A stretch of 64,000 nt of DNA, taken from NCBI GenBank assembly GCA_965198325.1, contig CBDAPE010000011.1, positions 47,680 through 111,679 of the forward strand, in the 5' to 3' direction. The notes under the pieces are model-generated. The model did not search any database and was not told where the DNA came from. It worked only from the letters and a program-made list of their open reading frames with translations. This DNA is from Alphaproteobacteria bacterium (GTDB taxonomy: Bacteria; Pseudomonadota; Alphaproteobacteria; UBA828; JAPUJA01). Of this stretch, positions 41,558-52,333 are shown in pieces (positions within the stretch are counted from its first letter, which is position 1; every line of letters begins with the position of its first letter). Both the position numbers and the translations under genes were made by a program.

Positions 41558-43639
41558 ATGCGACCCGAAATCCTGTTTCCGCTTTTCGCTCTCGTTACCA
41601 GCCTGCCCGGTGTCGGCCCGCGCATTGGTAAGCTGATGGAAACGCTCGTGGGGCCGCAGACGGTCGACCTGCTTTGGCACCTGCCAAGCGGCCTGATCGA
41701 CCGCCGATTCGCACCCAAGCTGGTCGATGCCCCACCGGGCCGAATCGCAACGCTGACCGTGACGGTCGATGCGCACGAACCGCCGCGGGTCAAGCGCCGC
41801 CCCTATCGCGTTCGCTGTTCGGACGACACCGGCACTTTGACATTGGTATTCTTCCACGCTCACGAGGACTATCTGACCAAGAGCCTGCCCGTCGGAGAAC
41901 AGCGGGTCGTGAGCGGCCTGGTCGAACGCTACGAGGATGAGCTTCAGATGACTCATCCCGACCATATCGCTTCTCTCACCGAGATCGAGTCGTTGCAGGC
42001 GGTGGAACCGGTCTATCCGCTGACCGCGGGCCTTACGCACAAGCCGCTCGTGCGATCGATTCGGACCGCCTTGGAGCGCACGCCCGACTTGCCCGAATGG
42101 ATCGATCCCGCCCACCGTGCAAAGCAGGGCTGGTCCGGCTGGCGGGATGCACTGATGAGCGCGCATGCGCCCCAAGGGGAGGTCGATCTGCAACCCGAGA
42201 CCCCGGCGCGGACGCGGCTCGCGTATGACGAACTCCTGGCAAACCAGCTCGCGCTCGCGCTCATTCGGGCGCGGCAACGGCAACAGCCGGGGCAATCGAT
42301 CAGAGGTGACGACTGCTTGCGGGATCGGTTGACGGGCGCCCTGCCGTTCACCTTGACCGACGGACAGAAGACCGCGATTGACGATATTATCGCGGATATG
42401 GCCGGGGCGGCACGCATGCTCCGCCTGCTCCAGGGCGACGTCGGCAGCGGCAAGACGGTGGTCGCCCTGTTCGCCGCGCTGGCCGCCGTCGAAGCAGGCT
42501 TCCAAGCAGCCATCATGGCGCCGACGGAAATCCTTGCGCGCCAACATCTCGCGACCATCGCACCACTTTCGGCAGCCGCCGGTGTCGCGGTCGATTTGCT
42601 CACGGGCCGCGAGAAGGGAAAAGCCCGGGACGCCGTGCTCGACCGCCTAGCCACCGGCGACCTGCCGCTTGTCGTCGGCACCCACGCGCTGTTTCAGGAG
42701 GATGTCGCGTTTCACAAGCTGGGACTCGCCGTCATCGACGAGCAGCATCGATTCGGCGTCCACCAGCGGATGACCCTGGCGGCCAAAGGCAAGGGCGTGG
42801 ACACGCTCGTCATGACCGCGACGCCCATTCCCCGGACGCTGATACTCACCGCCTATGGCGACATGGAGGTGTCCCGGCTACTGGAGAAACCTTCGGGACG
42901 CATGCCCGTGGACACCCGGACGATACCGCTCGAACGGCTCGACGACGCGATCTCGGGCCTGAAACGAGCGATTGCCGCCGGCGCGAAGGTCTTCTGGGTG
43001 TGCCCCCTCGTCGATCAGTCCGAAACCCTCGATCTCGCTGCCGCGACAAGTCGGCACGAAGAGCTCAAGGCCCTGTTCGATGGACGGGTGGGTTTGGTGC
43101 ACGGCCGGATGAAAGCCAGCGAGAAAGACGCGGTGATGGACTCGTTTGTTGCGGGGCAGATCGACATGCTTGTGGCGACCACGGTGGTTGAAGTCGGCGT
43201 CGACGTACCCGATGCGACCGTCATGGTCATCGAGCACGCCGAGCGGTTTGGATTGGCGCAACTCCATCAGTTGCGCGGCCGGGTCGGGCGTGGTGAGAAA
43301 CCGTCAAGTTGCCTGCTGCTCTACGCCAAGCCGCTGACCGGGGCGGCGCATCAACGACTCGCGATCATGCGCGAAACGGAAGATGGGTTCCGGATTGCCG
43401 AAGAAGATCTCAAGCTGCGCGGCGCCGGCGAGTTGCTTGGCACCCGACAAAGCGGGCTGCCCGACTTTCGGCTTGCGAACCTTGCCGCTCATGGCGATCT
43501 GCTGGCTGCGGCGCGGGACGATGCCCAACTCGTGCTGGCGACCGATGCAGAACTCAAGAGCGGGCGCGGCGCGGCCTTGCGTATCCTGCTGTATCTCTTC
43601 GAGCGCGACGCCGGTGTGCGCTTCCTACTCTCCGGGTGA
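41558..43639 (+). CDS. recG: ATP-dependent DNA helicase RecG
   Basis: MRPEILFPLF, QGDVGSGKT, DEQHRFG, QLHQLRGRVGR, DLKLRGAGE. Confidence 0.97.
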   Translation: MRPEILFPLFALVTSLPGVGPRIGKLMETLVGPQTVDLLWHLPSGLIDRRFAPKLVDAPPGRIATLTVTVDAHEPPRVKRRPYRVRCSDDTGTLTLVFFHAHEDYLTKSLPVGEQRVVSGLVERYEDELQMTHPDHIASLTEIESLQAVEPVYPLTAGLTHKPLVRSIRTALERTPDLPEWIDPAHRAKQGWSGWRDALMSAHAPQGEVDLQPETPARTRLAYDELLANQLALALIRARQRQQPGQSIRGDDCLRDRLTGALPFTLTDGQKTAIDDIIADMAGAARMLRLLQGDVGSGKTVVALFAALAAVEAGFQAAIMAPTEILARQHLATIAPLSAAAGVAVDLLTGREKGKARDAVLDRLATGDLPLVVGTHALFQEDVAFHKLGLAVIDEQHRFGVHQRMTLAAKGKGVDTLVMTATPIPRTLILTAYGDMEVSRLLEKPSGRMPVDTRTIPLERLDDAISGLKRAIAAGAKVFWVCPLVDQSETLDLAAATSRHEELKALFDGRVGLVHGRMKASEKDAVMDSFVAGQIDMLVATTVVEVGVDVPDATVMVIEHAERFGLAQLHQLRGRVGRGEKPSSCLLLYAKPLTGAAHQRLAIMRETEDGFRIAEEDLKLRGAGELLGTRQSGLPDFRLANLAAHGDLLAAARDDAQLVLATDAELKSGRGAALRILLYLFERDAGVRFLLSG

Positions 43640-44440
43640 CGCCGGCGGACCGATACTCGTCTCGTCGACTTCGTCGGTATGGGCGCCTGGTGGCCGGCCT
43701 CCGTAAGCGCTGTGCTTGTCTCGTTTCTGCTCGTCCAGGGGTCGGGGGTCGACGGGGGTCACGATGCCCCCGGAGATGACCAGCTTGGCGCCCGCCTCGA
43801 TGGTCATGTCAAGATGAATTAGATCCTGGCGCGGCACGAAGAGCAGGAACCCCGACGTGGGGTTCGGTGTCGTCGGCAGGAAGACGTTGACCATCTCCTC
43901 CCGGAAGAGGTGCTGGATTTCCCCTTCCGAGGTCTTGGTCACGAAGCCGATGACCCAGATGCCCCGGCGGGGATATTCAATCAGCACGACCTCGCGAAAT
44001 GCGCCGCTCTGCTGCGCGAGAACGGCTTCGAGAATCTGCTTGAGCGCGCCGTAGAGGTGGCGGACGACCGGCACGCGATCGACGATCCGCTCGCCGATCC
44101 GGATGTATACGCGGCCCAGAAAGCCGCTGAACATCATGCCGATCAGAATAAGCGTGACCAGCAGGACGATAAGCCCTATGCCGGGCACGCTGAACGGCAG
44201 GTAGGTCTCCGGATTATATTTCTCCGGGACCAGCGGCATGACCTTCTCGTCCACGAAATTGACGAAGGCCCACAGGATCCACATCGTGATCCCGATCGGT
44301 GCGGTGACGATGATGCCGGCCAGCAGATAGGTCCGCAGGCGGCCCAAAAGCCCACCCCTCCTCGCGGGCCGGATCAAGGGCTCGTGCGGCTGCGGCGGCG
44401 GGTCGTCCGACTTCGGAGGGGTATCGGGACTGGGGCTCAT
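43625..44440 (-). CDS. DUF502 membrane protein
   Basis: Two TM segments, IEYPRRG, PTTPNPTSGF. Confidence 0.9.
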   Translation of the reverse strand: MSPSPDTPPKSDDPPPQPHEPLIRPARRGGLLGRLRTYLLAGIIVTAPIGITMWILWAFVNFVDEKVMPLVPEKYNPETYLPFSVPGIGLIVLLVTLILIGMMFSGFLGRVYIRIGERIVDRVPVVRHLYGALKQILEAVLAQQSGAFREVVLIEYPRRGIWVIGFVTKTSEGEIQHLFREEMVNVFLPTTPNPTSGFLLFVPRQDLIHLDMTIEAGAKLVISGGIVTPVDPRPLDEQKRDKHSAYGGRPPGAHTDEVDETSIGPPASPGE

Positions 44441-44829
44441 GCGATCCGCCGGCTCTAGAGATTGCCTTTCATATCGACTATATACGCGACCGAGCGAACC
44501 ACCGTCCAGCCGAATTGCCGGCGCCCCGAAGATCGCTCCTGATGACGGCGGTCGTCGCGTCCTTTGCTGCTACGTTCCGGCTTCGGCCCGCGAGTTGCCC
44601 GCCGTCACTGCCGAGACCGTGGGCGACCCCTACAATCGGTCCTGCCGATCCATTAAAATTCGTGCGGCGTGAGGGTCACGCGAGCCGGCGATCGAGCGTC
44701 GTGGCTGGCAATCGTTCGTGTACCAACGTGCAAGGTTTGCGAAGCGTCTTGCTCCCGCCGCGTCATGCGCCAACTATAGGGTAACTTCGCTTCGGCGCGG
44801 GCGGACCGCCCGGAGCATCACGCATTGAG

Positions 44830-45903
44830 GTGCGTTTGCCGATTTCTCACCCTGCGCTTCTTGGTCTTTCAACGGCCGTTCCCGGGCATTGCCTGCGCCA
44901 GGCGGAAACCCGCGACCTCGCGGAGCGGCTGTTCGGCGACAGCTTTCCCGACCTCGACCGCCTGCTGCCGGTGTTCGGCAATGCGGGGATCGACCAGCGT
45001 TTTTCCTGCGTGCCGATCGAGTGGTATGAGCATGACCACGGGTGGTCCGATCGAAACAGCCTCTATGTCGATCATGCGCTTGCCTTGCTCGAAGAGGCCG
45101 CGCGTGCCGCACTCGACGACGCAGGGCTCGCGGCATCTGACATCGACGCCATCGTAACCGTATCGACGACCGGGATTGCGACGCCCAGCCTCGACGCCAT
45201 TTTAATTGGCCGGCTCGGCCTGTCGCCGACGGTTCACCGCCTGCCGATCTTTGGCCTCGGTTGCGCGGGCGGCGTCGTAGGGCTTGGCCGCGTCGCGCAA
45301 ATCGCCGCCGCCGAACCGGGCGCGCGGGTGCTGTTTCTCGTCGTCGAACTCTGCGGCCTGACCTTTCGCAGCCGGGACAAGTCGAAAAGCAATCTCGTCG
45401 CGACGGCCTTGTTCGGCGATGGCGCGGCAGGCGTGGTTCTTGGACCCGCGCCTGCCAACGGCCACCGGCCGGCCGCCCGAATCCGGGCCTGGGGCGAGCA
45501 TACTTAGCCGGACAGCCTCGACATCATGGGTTGGCACGTCGAGGACGACGGGCTGGCAGTGATCTTTTCGCAAGACATCCCGGCCATTATCCGGGCCCAG
45601 ATGGGACCGGCGACAAAGCGGTTTCTAGCTGAGAACGATATCACCCCGGACAGTATCGACGGCTATGTCTGCCATCCTGGCGGGGCCAAGGTTCTGGCCG
45701 CCCTCGAAGAGGTCTATGGCTTGCAGCACGGCGGCCTCGCCGAATCCCGCGCGGTCCTGCGTGACTATGGCAACATGTTGGCGGCCACCGTCCTCTTCGT
45801 CCTGCAACGCACGCTTTCAACCGGCGCCGGCGGACGGCACCTTCTGACCACGCTCGGGCCCGGTTTTACCGCGGGGTTCGCAATCCTGGACGTCCGACCC
45901 GAT
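44830..45903 (+). pseudogene. Type III polyketide synthase with internal TAG (45505-45507) and lost stop codon
   Basis: Cys-His-Asn triad (GLGCAGG, CHPGG, YGNM), LFGDGA, GPGFTA; frame continues after TAG as PDSLDIMGW. Confidence 0.88.
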
Positions 45904-46443
45904 GTCCGCGGTCTATGTCATCATCGGCCTCGTTGCCCTGCAGCGTCTGGCCGAGATGGCCTATGCCCGGCGCAACGCCCGCACCTACTCGACGCCGGCG
46001 CCACGGAGGCCGGCCGCCGCCATTATCCGCTCTTCATCCTACTCCACGCGGGCTGGATTGCCGCGATCGCCGTGCTCGCCAATCCCGCCGGGCCGATCGA
46101 TTGGATCCTTGTGGCGGTCTACGGCACACTCCAGCTTGCGCGTCTCTGGGTCATCGTCAGCCTCGGGCGATACTGGACGACCCGCATCATCGTACCGGCC
46201 GTTGGCGAACTTGTCCGCCGGGGGCCCTACCGGTTCCTGCGGCACCCGAATTATTTGGTCGTGGCCCTCGAGATCGCGATCCTGCCGCTCGCCTTCGGCA
46301 TCTGGCCGGTCGCGCTCGGATTCTCCGTTGCCAACCTCGCCCTGCTCGCCCACCGGATCCGGGTCGAGGATGCCGCCCTGGCAACCAAGAGGATGGCAAG
46401 CGACGGACATTCCCCTAAGGGATCAGCGTCGAACGGATGTTGA
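45902..46443 (+). pseudogene. Isoprenylcysteine carboxyl methyltransferase family (BpsB/SrsB-like), frameshift near 45982
   Basis: QRLAE...RRN in the start frame; HYP, LGRYWTTRI, GPYRFLRHPNY, RIRVED in the shifted frame. Confidence 0.85.
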
Positions 46444-46867
46444 TCTCTGCCTTCAAGGTTCGGCAGATCGGACACATGTCGGCTATCTCCATCAGGCGGC
46501 CGCGCTGATCGTCGGTGAGCTCACCCTGCAATTGAATGGCGCGCTCGATCCGATCGACCTTGCCCTCCACCGACTCGCATTCGGCGCAATCTTTGGCGTG
46601 GATCTTTTCGTGCGACAGGGTCACGGTCACCCGCTCCAGCGGCCAGCCCTTGCGCTCCGCATAAAGCCGGAGCGTCATGCTCGTGCAGCTCCCGAACGAG
46701 GCCAGCAGAAGATCATACGGGTTGGGTCCCTTGCCGGTTCCGCCCATGGATTGCGGCTCGTCGCCGACGAGATAGTGGGGACCGGCCTGGATATTACGGA
46801 CCAGCCGGCCGCCGCCCGCCTCATCGACGTGAACAGTGCCTTCGGGTAACGGCGGTGTTGTCGCCAT
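46415..46867 (-). CDS. OsmC family protein
   Basis: DEP..GG.GKGPNPYDLL, CTSMTLRLYA, CPICRTL. Confidence 0.9.
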   Translation of the reverse strand: MATTPPLPEGTVHVDEAGGGRLVRNIQAGPHYLVGDEPQSMGGTGKGPNPYDLLLASFGSCTSMTLRLYAERKGWPLERVTVTLSHEKIHAKDCAECESVEGKVDRIERAIQLQGELTDDQRGRLMEIADMCPICRTLKAEINIRSTLIP

Positions 46868-46994
46868 GACTACTCCTCCGGCCTTGGGCGGGCCGTGCGA
46901 AACTTGTGTCGGGGCGATCTATAGCCGACGCGAGCCGCCGCCGGAAGAGCGGCAGCGTCGAATCGGTTCGGGAAATGCGGAAAGCCTTGCGGCC

Positions 46995-48145
46995 TCAGGA
47001 ACTCGTCGTGTTGGCGAAATCGCCGTCCTTCATCCGGATCACGGCGCAGGGCAGGCTGCTGGTCGCCAACCGTTCGCACGCCGTCGCGGCGGTCGCCTTG
47101 TCGAGCCCGAGATAGCGGGCCCGGATCAGGGTCCGGCCATCAGCCTCGATCGGCATCAGAGCCGCAGCCGCCCCGTTCAGCACGGCGGCGAGCTCGCGTT
47201 CTGCCAATTCGAGCACCCGGGTTGCCGCGCCGACCGTGCTGTAGGCGCCGACCTGTACCCCCAGGGCGATCCACCCGGCGCCGTACTGGCGACAAGCTGC
47301 AAATCGACCGCCTCGGCTTCGGCGTAATAGTCGCCCCGCTCCGCAAGGCGCACAAAGGTCTGATCGAGGAGCTTAGCCATGTGGTCGTCCCGGGACCGGG
47401 CCGATTTACCGCCAAATACGACGCCGATCAGCCGGTGCCCGTCACGCGCGACGGATACGGCGACGTTGAACCCCGAGGCCGCGATATAGCCCGTCTTGAG
47501 CCCGTCTGTGCCGGGATAGTTCGCCAGCAGATGATTATGGTTCTTGTAGGTCTTTTGGCCGTAGCGAAACTCGGTGACCGAGAAGAAGTGGTAGTAATGC
47601 GGATACTGGGTCATCAGGACCAAGGCGGGCGTCGCCATATCGCGGGCGGAGCTCAGTTGCTTGCGGTGAGGCAGTCCCGACGCATTCTGGAACGTCGTCT
47701 CCGCCATGCCCAGTGCGCGGGCTCTCTCGGTCATGATCAGGGCGAATTCCCACTCGGTCTCGCCCAGCGCCTCGGCGACGACCGTGGCCACGTCGTTCGC
47801 GGATTTCGTGACCAGCGTGAGAATCGCGTCTTCGACGGTGATCCGATCGCCCGCTGCGAGCCCCAGCTTCGAGGGTGCTTGGCCGGCGGCGCGCTTCGAG
47901 ACGATCAGCGGCTGGTCGAGCGAAAGCTGGCCGGAATCGAGCGCCTCGAACGTCAGGTAAAGCGTCATCATCTTGGTTAGCGACGCCGGGTAATTCCGAG
48001 TATCGGCGTTGCGTGAATAGAGTACCTCGCCGGTCTCCACATCGACTACGATCGAGGCATATTTCGCGTAAGCCGCCTGGGCGACGCCGACGAGCAGCGC
48101 AACGGCAATAAGAGCGAAGATCGGGATCCGAACCATTGAGCGCAT
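46995..48145 (-). pseudogene. D-alanyl-D-alanine carboxypeptidase (S11) with SPOR domain, 1-bp deletion in a G-run near 47260
   Basis: PASLTK, SAN, KTG; shifted frame gives WGVQVGAY...RARYLGL...AACERL...C (SPOR). Confidence 0.85.
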
Positions 48146-48275
48146 TGACCAAGAAACCATCAAGTCCTCGTACAGTCTCCCGATGCTTCTCCAACGGCGC
48201 GATTTTTCTCGTTTTGATTTAGGCCGCCGAATTTACGGATTTTATTTGTCTTTGTCTAGAGTTGCCGCAGGATGC

Positions 48276-48290
48276 TTAACGGATAGTTAG
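48276..48290. promoter_or_regulatory. CtrA-like site upstream of the DD-carboxypeptidase gene
   Basis: TTAA-N7-TTAG, one mismatch from TTAA-N7-TTAA. Confidence 0.4.
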
Positions 48291-48470
48291 GATCGCCGCA
48301 TTTTTGCCGCAATTGGGCAGCGTACCTCGCGCAATTAGCGATTCATTCGACAAGCTGGTTGGAAGCACCGGCCGGGAAACGCCGCTTGGCGTCAGCGCAC
48401 TCCGAGCGCGTTCGCGCGGAATATTAGATCTCGGGGCTCGTGAATCGCCGACGATCCGCGAATGGACGGG

Positions 48471-49871
48471 CTAGAGCGCGGGCTTGCGATCGAGCGTCGA
48501 ATTCGCCATCTGATACGCCTGTGCCGCGCGCAGGACGAGGCCATCGGCGTAGTTTGCGCCGACGATCTGCAGACCGACGGGCAACCCCCCTGCGGTGAAG
48601 CCGCAAGGCACGGTGGCCGCCGGTTGGCTGGTCAGGTTGAACGGATAGGTAAACGGGCTCCAGTCGACCCACTTCTCTCCGTTGGGCCCGATCGGTGCGT
48701 CCTGGCCGGCCTCGAACGCGGCCGTCGGCATCGTCGGGGTCAGCAGCAGATCGTAGTCGTCGTGAAACGCCCGCAGCCGCTCCCCCAGGGCGGTGCGCGC
48801 CTGGATTGCGTCGAGATAGGCCGCGAGGTCGTATTCCGCCCCCTGCTCCGCGATCGTTCGCAATCCTGGATCGAGTGCCTTCTGTTGCGCCGCATCGAAC
48901 CCGTCGACCACCCGCTTGGCACCGACATACCACAGCACCTTGAAGACACCCGGGGCTTCGGCGAGAGATAGCGAGGTTTCCTCCACGCGGGCGCCCAACG
49001 CCTCGAAAGCGCCCGCCGCTCGGCCAACGGCCTCCGCGATTTCGGGATCGACCCGTGCCCATCCCAGATCGGGACTGAAGGCAACGCGCAAGTCTTTCAC
49101 ACCGTCGTCGAGCCCCACGGTGTAGTCTCGCCCGTCGGGCGGCAGCGAGTACAAGTCGCGGCTATCGGGTTCACTTATTGCCGTCAGCATCAGGGCCGCG
49201 TCCGCAACGGTCCGGGCGATCGGCCCGACATGGGACAGGGTGCCGAACGGGCTGGCCGGATAAGCCGGCACACGGCCGAAGCTTGCCTTGATCCCGACCG
49301 CGCCGCAGAACGACGAGGGAATCCGAATCGAGCCGCCACCGTCACTGCCGACAGCCAGGGGCCCCATGCCGGCAACCACTGCGGCGGACGCCCCACCGCT
49401 GCTGCCGCCCGGAGTCTTGGCGAGATCCCAGGGATTGCGGCTGATACCGGTGAGCGGGCTGTCGGTCACGCCTTTCCAGCCGAATTCAGGCGTCGTCGTC
49501 TTGCCCAGCAGCACGGCACCGTGTTCGCGCAGGCGAGCGACGCAGGGTGCGTCTTCCTCCCAGGGTTGATCGGGATCGATCTGGGTCGAGCCTCTTCGGG
49601 TTGGCCAGCCACTGGTCAGCACGACGTCCTTGATCGACGTGGGCACGCCATCCAGCCGGCCCACGGGTTCGCCTTTGACCCAGCGGTCTTCCGACGCCCT
49701 GGCCTGGGCGAGCGTCGCCTCCTCGTCGATCAGGCAAAAGGCGTTCAGAGCCGAATTATGGGCCGTAATGCGATCGAACACGCCGCGGCCGACTTCGACT
49801 GGCGAAACCGATCTGTCCCGATAGAGATCAAGCAGCCTGGTCGCGGACAGATAGCCCAGATCTTCCATCAT
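48471..49871 (-). CDS. Amidase signature family enzyme
   Basis: IKD, GKTTTPEFG, GGSSGG, GSDGGGSIRIP. Confidence 0.95.
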   Translation of the reverse strand: MMEDLGYLSATRLLDLYRDRSVSPVEVGRGVFDRITAHNSALNAFCLIDEEATLAQARASEDRWVKGEPVGRLDGVPTSIKDVVLTSGWPTRRGSTQIDPDQPWEEDAPCVARLREHGAVLLGKTTTPEFGWKGVTDSPLTGISRNPWDLAKTPGGSSGGASAAVVAGMGPLAVGSDGGGSIRIPSSFCGAVGIKASFGRVPAYPASPFGTLSHVGPIARTVADAALMLTAISEPDSRDLYSLPPDGRDYTVGLDDGVKDLRVAFSPDLGWARVDPEIAEAVGRAAGAFEALGARVEETSLSLAEAPGVFKVLWYVGAKRVVDGFDAAQQKALDPGLRTIAEQGAEYDLAAYLDAIQARTALGERLRAFHDDYDLLLTPTMPTAAFEAGQDAPIGPNGEKWVDWSPFTYPFNLTSQPAATVPCGFTAGGLPVGLQIVGANYADGLVLRAAQAYQMANSTLDRKPAL

Positions 49872-49910
49872 GGATCCTCCTGAACACCTCGTCGAGGCCG
49901 GCGCGCTCGC

Positions 49911-51260
49911 TTAACTTTTGCCGACCCTCGTCCGGCTCGGTTCCGCCGGCCTGGACGTTCGGCGCCCAATCGAGGTGTAATGAAAGCCCGCGGCGGCCAT
50001 GTCGTCAGGATTGTAGATATTGCGCAGGTCGATCAACACGGGCGAGCGCAAAAGATCCTTGACGCGGCCAAGATCGAGGGCCCGGAATTCGTTCCACTCG
50101 GTCAGAATGACCAGAGCGTCGGCCCCATCCATTGCATCGTAGGCATCCTCACACCAATGAATGTCCGTAAAGCAGCTCCTGCCTTCGTCCGTCAGGGCGG
50201 GTTCAAAACCACGGATTGCCGCGCCGGTCTGCTGCAGTCCCGGCACGATGACGAGACTTGGGCTCTCGCGCATATCGTCGGTGTTCGGCTTGAAGGTAAA
50301 ACCCAGCACGGCCAAGGTCTTGCCGCCAACGGAGCCGCCGCAGGCGCGAACAATCCTGTCGACCATCCGGGCCTTACGGGCTTCGTTGACGTCGAGGACC
50401 GCCTCGACAATCCTGGTCGGCGCACCGGCCTCCTCGGCGACTCGAACCAGCGCCCGCACGTCCTTGGGAAAACACGATCCTCCGAAGCCCGGGCTTGCAT
50501 TGAGGAACCGGCTCCCGATTCGGCCATCGAGCCCGATGCCCTTGGCAACATCCTGGATATTGGCGCCCAACCGTTCGCACAAATCCGCCATCTCGTTGAT
50601 GAATGTGATTTTGGTCGCCAGGAATGTGTTGCTGGCGTATTTGATCAGCTCGGCCGTCTCCAGATCGGTGAAAACGACCGGGGTCTCGCGCAGGAAAAGG
50701 GGCCGGTATAGCTCAGCCAGCATCAGCTTGGCGCGTTCTGCCTCGACGCCCACCACCACGCGGTCGGGATGGGTGAAGTCCGTGATTGCCGAGCCTTCGC
50801 GCAGAAACTCCGGATTCGACGCCACGTCGAAGTCCGCATCGGATCGGGTTTTCCGGACGATGCGTTCGACCTCGCGTCCCGTGCCCACCGGGACCGTCGA
50901 TTTGGTCACCACGACCGAATATCCAACCAGAGCCGGCGCGATCTCCTCGGCCACCTGATAGACGTAGGAAAGATCTGCGTGTCCGTCGCCACGGCGACTG
51001 GGTGTCCCGACCGCGATCATCACGATGTCGGCGTCGGCGACGGCGCCCGCGCAATCGGCGGAGAACGACAGTCGTCCGGCCTTCACGTTGCTCTCGACAA
51101 GAGCATCGAGACCGAGCTCGTAGATCGGGATTTTGCCGGCCTGTAACGAGGCAATCTTCCGCGCATCGTTGTCGACGCAGGTCACGCGAACACCGAACTC
51201 GGAAAAACAGGCGCCGGAAACGAGACCCACATAGCCGGTTCCGATCATCGCGACTTTCAT
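49911..51260 (-). CDS. ugd: UDP-glucose 6-dehydrogenase
   Basis: GTGYVG, KSTVPVGT, SNPEFLREG, GFGGSCFPKD, FKPNTDDMRE. Confidence 0.96.
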   Translation of the reverse strand: MKVAMIGTGYVGLVSGACFSEFGVRVTCVDNDARKIASLQAGKIPIYELGLDALVESNVKAGRLSFSADCAGAVADADIVMIAVGTPSRRGDGHADLSYVYQVAEEIAPALVGYSVVVTKSTVPVGTGREVERIVRKTRSDADFDVASNPEFLREGSAITDFTHPDRVVVGVEAERAKLMLAELYRPLFLRETPVVFTDLETAELIKYASNTFLATKITFINEMADLCERLGANIQDVAKGIGLDGRIGSRFLNASPGFGGSCFPKDVRALVRVAEEAGAPTRIVEAVLDVNEARKARMVDRIVRACGGSVGGKTLAVLGFTFKPNTDDMRESPSLVIVPGLQQTGAAIRGFEPALTDEGRSCFTDIHWCEDAYDAMDGADALVILTEWNEFRALDLGRVKDLLRSPVLIDLRNIYNPDDMAAAGFHYTSIGRRTSRPAEPSRTRVGKS

Positions 51261-51279
51261 GACCAGTATCCTCTAGAAA

Positions 51280-52203
51280 TCAGGAGGCCTCGGCCGCCTC
51301 GCGCAAGTCCGGCTTCTCGCTCTCGGTAGCCGCGGCAAGTGTTTCCCGCAAAAGCTCGATCATTTCATCGTGCAGATCATCCCGTGCCAGCGCGAAGGCC
51401 ACCGTGGCGCGAAGGAACCCGGCCTTGCTGCCGCAATCGAACCGCTGGCCGTCAAAACGCAGCCCATGGAACGGCTGCGTGCCTATCAGGGAGGCCATTG
51501 CATCGGTCAGTTGAATCTCGCCGCCCGCACCTTGTTCCGTCCTGGCAAGTGGCTCGAACACCTCCGGACGCAGGATGTAACGACCGATGATCGACAGCGT
51601 CGAGGGCGCGTCGGCGGGGTCGGGTTTCTCGACCAGATCGACGACCTCGGCCAACTGGTCATCGTCGGCGCCTATGTCGAGAATTCCGTATCGATTGGTT
51701 TCCTCGCGGGGGACGTCCGTCACCGCCACCACGTTCCCGCCGGTTTCGTTGTAAACCTCGATGAGTTGGGCGAGGCAGGGGGTCTCGGCCAGAACGAGAT
51801 CGTCCGCCAGGAGGATCGCGAAGGGCTCGTTACCGATCAGATTCCGCGCGCAAAGCACGGCGTGGCCCAAACCGAGCGGCTCCTGCTGGCGGGTATAGGC
51901 AACGGCACCGGCCGGCGGAACCCAGCTGTTGACGATCGCCAGCGCATCGACCTTGCCGCGCTCGAGCAACGTTTTTTCGAGTTCCGCAGAATAGTCGAAA
52001 TGATCCTCGATGGCGGATTTGCCCCGACCGGTAACGAAGATAAACTCCTCGATACCCGTCGCCATCGCCTCCTCCACCGCATACTGGATCAGCGGCTTGT
52101 CGACGACGGGCAGCATTTCCTTGGGCATTGCTTTGGTCGCCGGCAGGAATCGAGTCCCCAAGCCGCCAACTGGAAACACCGCCTTGCGTACTTTCGGTGT
52201 AAT
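51280..52203 (-). CDS. galU: UTP-glucose-1-phosphate uridylyltransferase; natural start position is an ATT codon
   Basis: (I/M)TPKVRKAVFPVGGLGTRFLPATKAMPKE, QEPLGLGHAV, VEKP, GEIQLTD. Confidence 0.93.
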   Translation of the reverse strand: MTPKVRKAVFPVGGLGTRFLPATKAMPKEMLPVVDKPLIQYAVEEAMATGIEEFIFVTGRGKSAIEDHFDYSAELEKTLLERGKVDALAIVNSWVPPAGAVAYTRQQEPLGLGHAVLCARNLIGNEPFAILLADDLVLAETPCLAQLIEVYNETGGNVVAVTDVPREETNRYGILDIGADDDQLAEVVDLVEKPDPADAPSTLSIIGRYILRPEVFEPLARTEQGAGGEIQLTDAMASLIGTQPFHGLRFDGQRFDCGSKAGFLRATVAFALARDDLHDEMIELLRETLAAATESEKPDLREAAEAS

Positions 52204-52333
52204 CGCCCTACCACCTTTCGGAAGTCACCCTCTCCCCCCACGGATCACGCGGCGGGTCGCGGCGGGCCCCCATGCCAAGCAACCCTGATGATCCGGCCTT
52301 GTCGCATTTCCATTCGCGGAAAACAAGGCCCGT

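Noticed and set aside
45505-45507. TAG read-through (pyrrolysine or recoding) in the PKS
   Set aside because: Other genes end in TAG normally, the position corresponds to Trp, and neighbouring lesions point to decay or error
45526-46443. Genuine PKS-methyltransferase fusion protein
   Set aside because: It lacks the PKS catalytic Cys half, and the linker is the out-of-frame methyltransferase N-terminus
47250-47270. Phase variation or programmed frameshift at the G-run before the SPOR domain
   Set aside because: The run is only 5 G and matches the pattern of other single-base indels in the window
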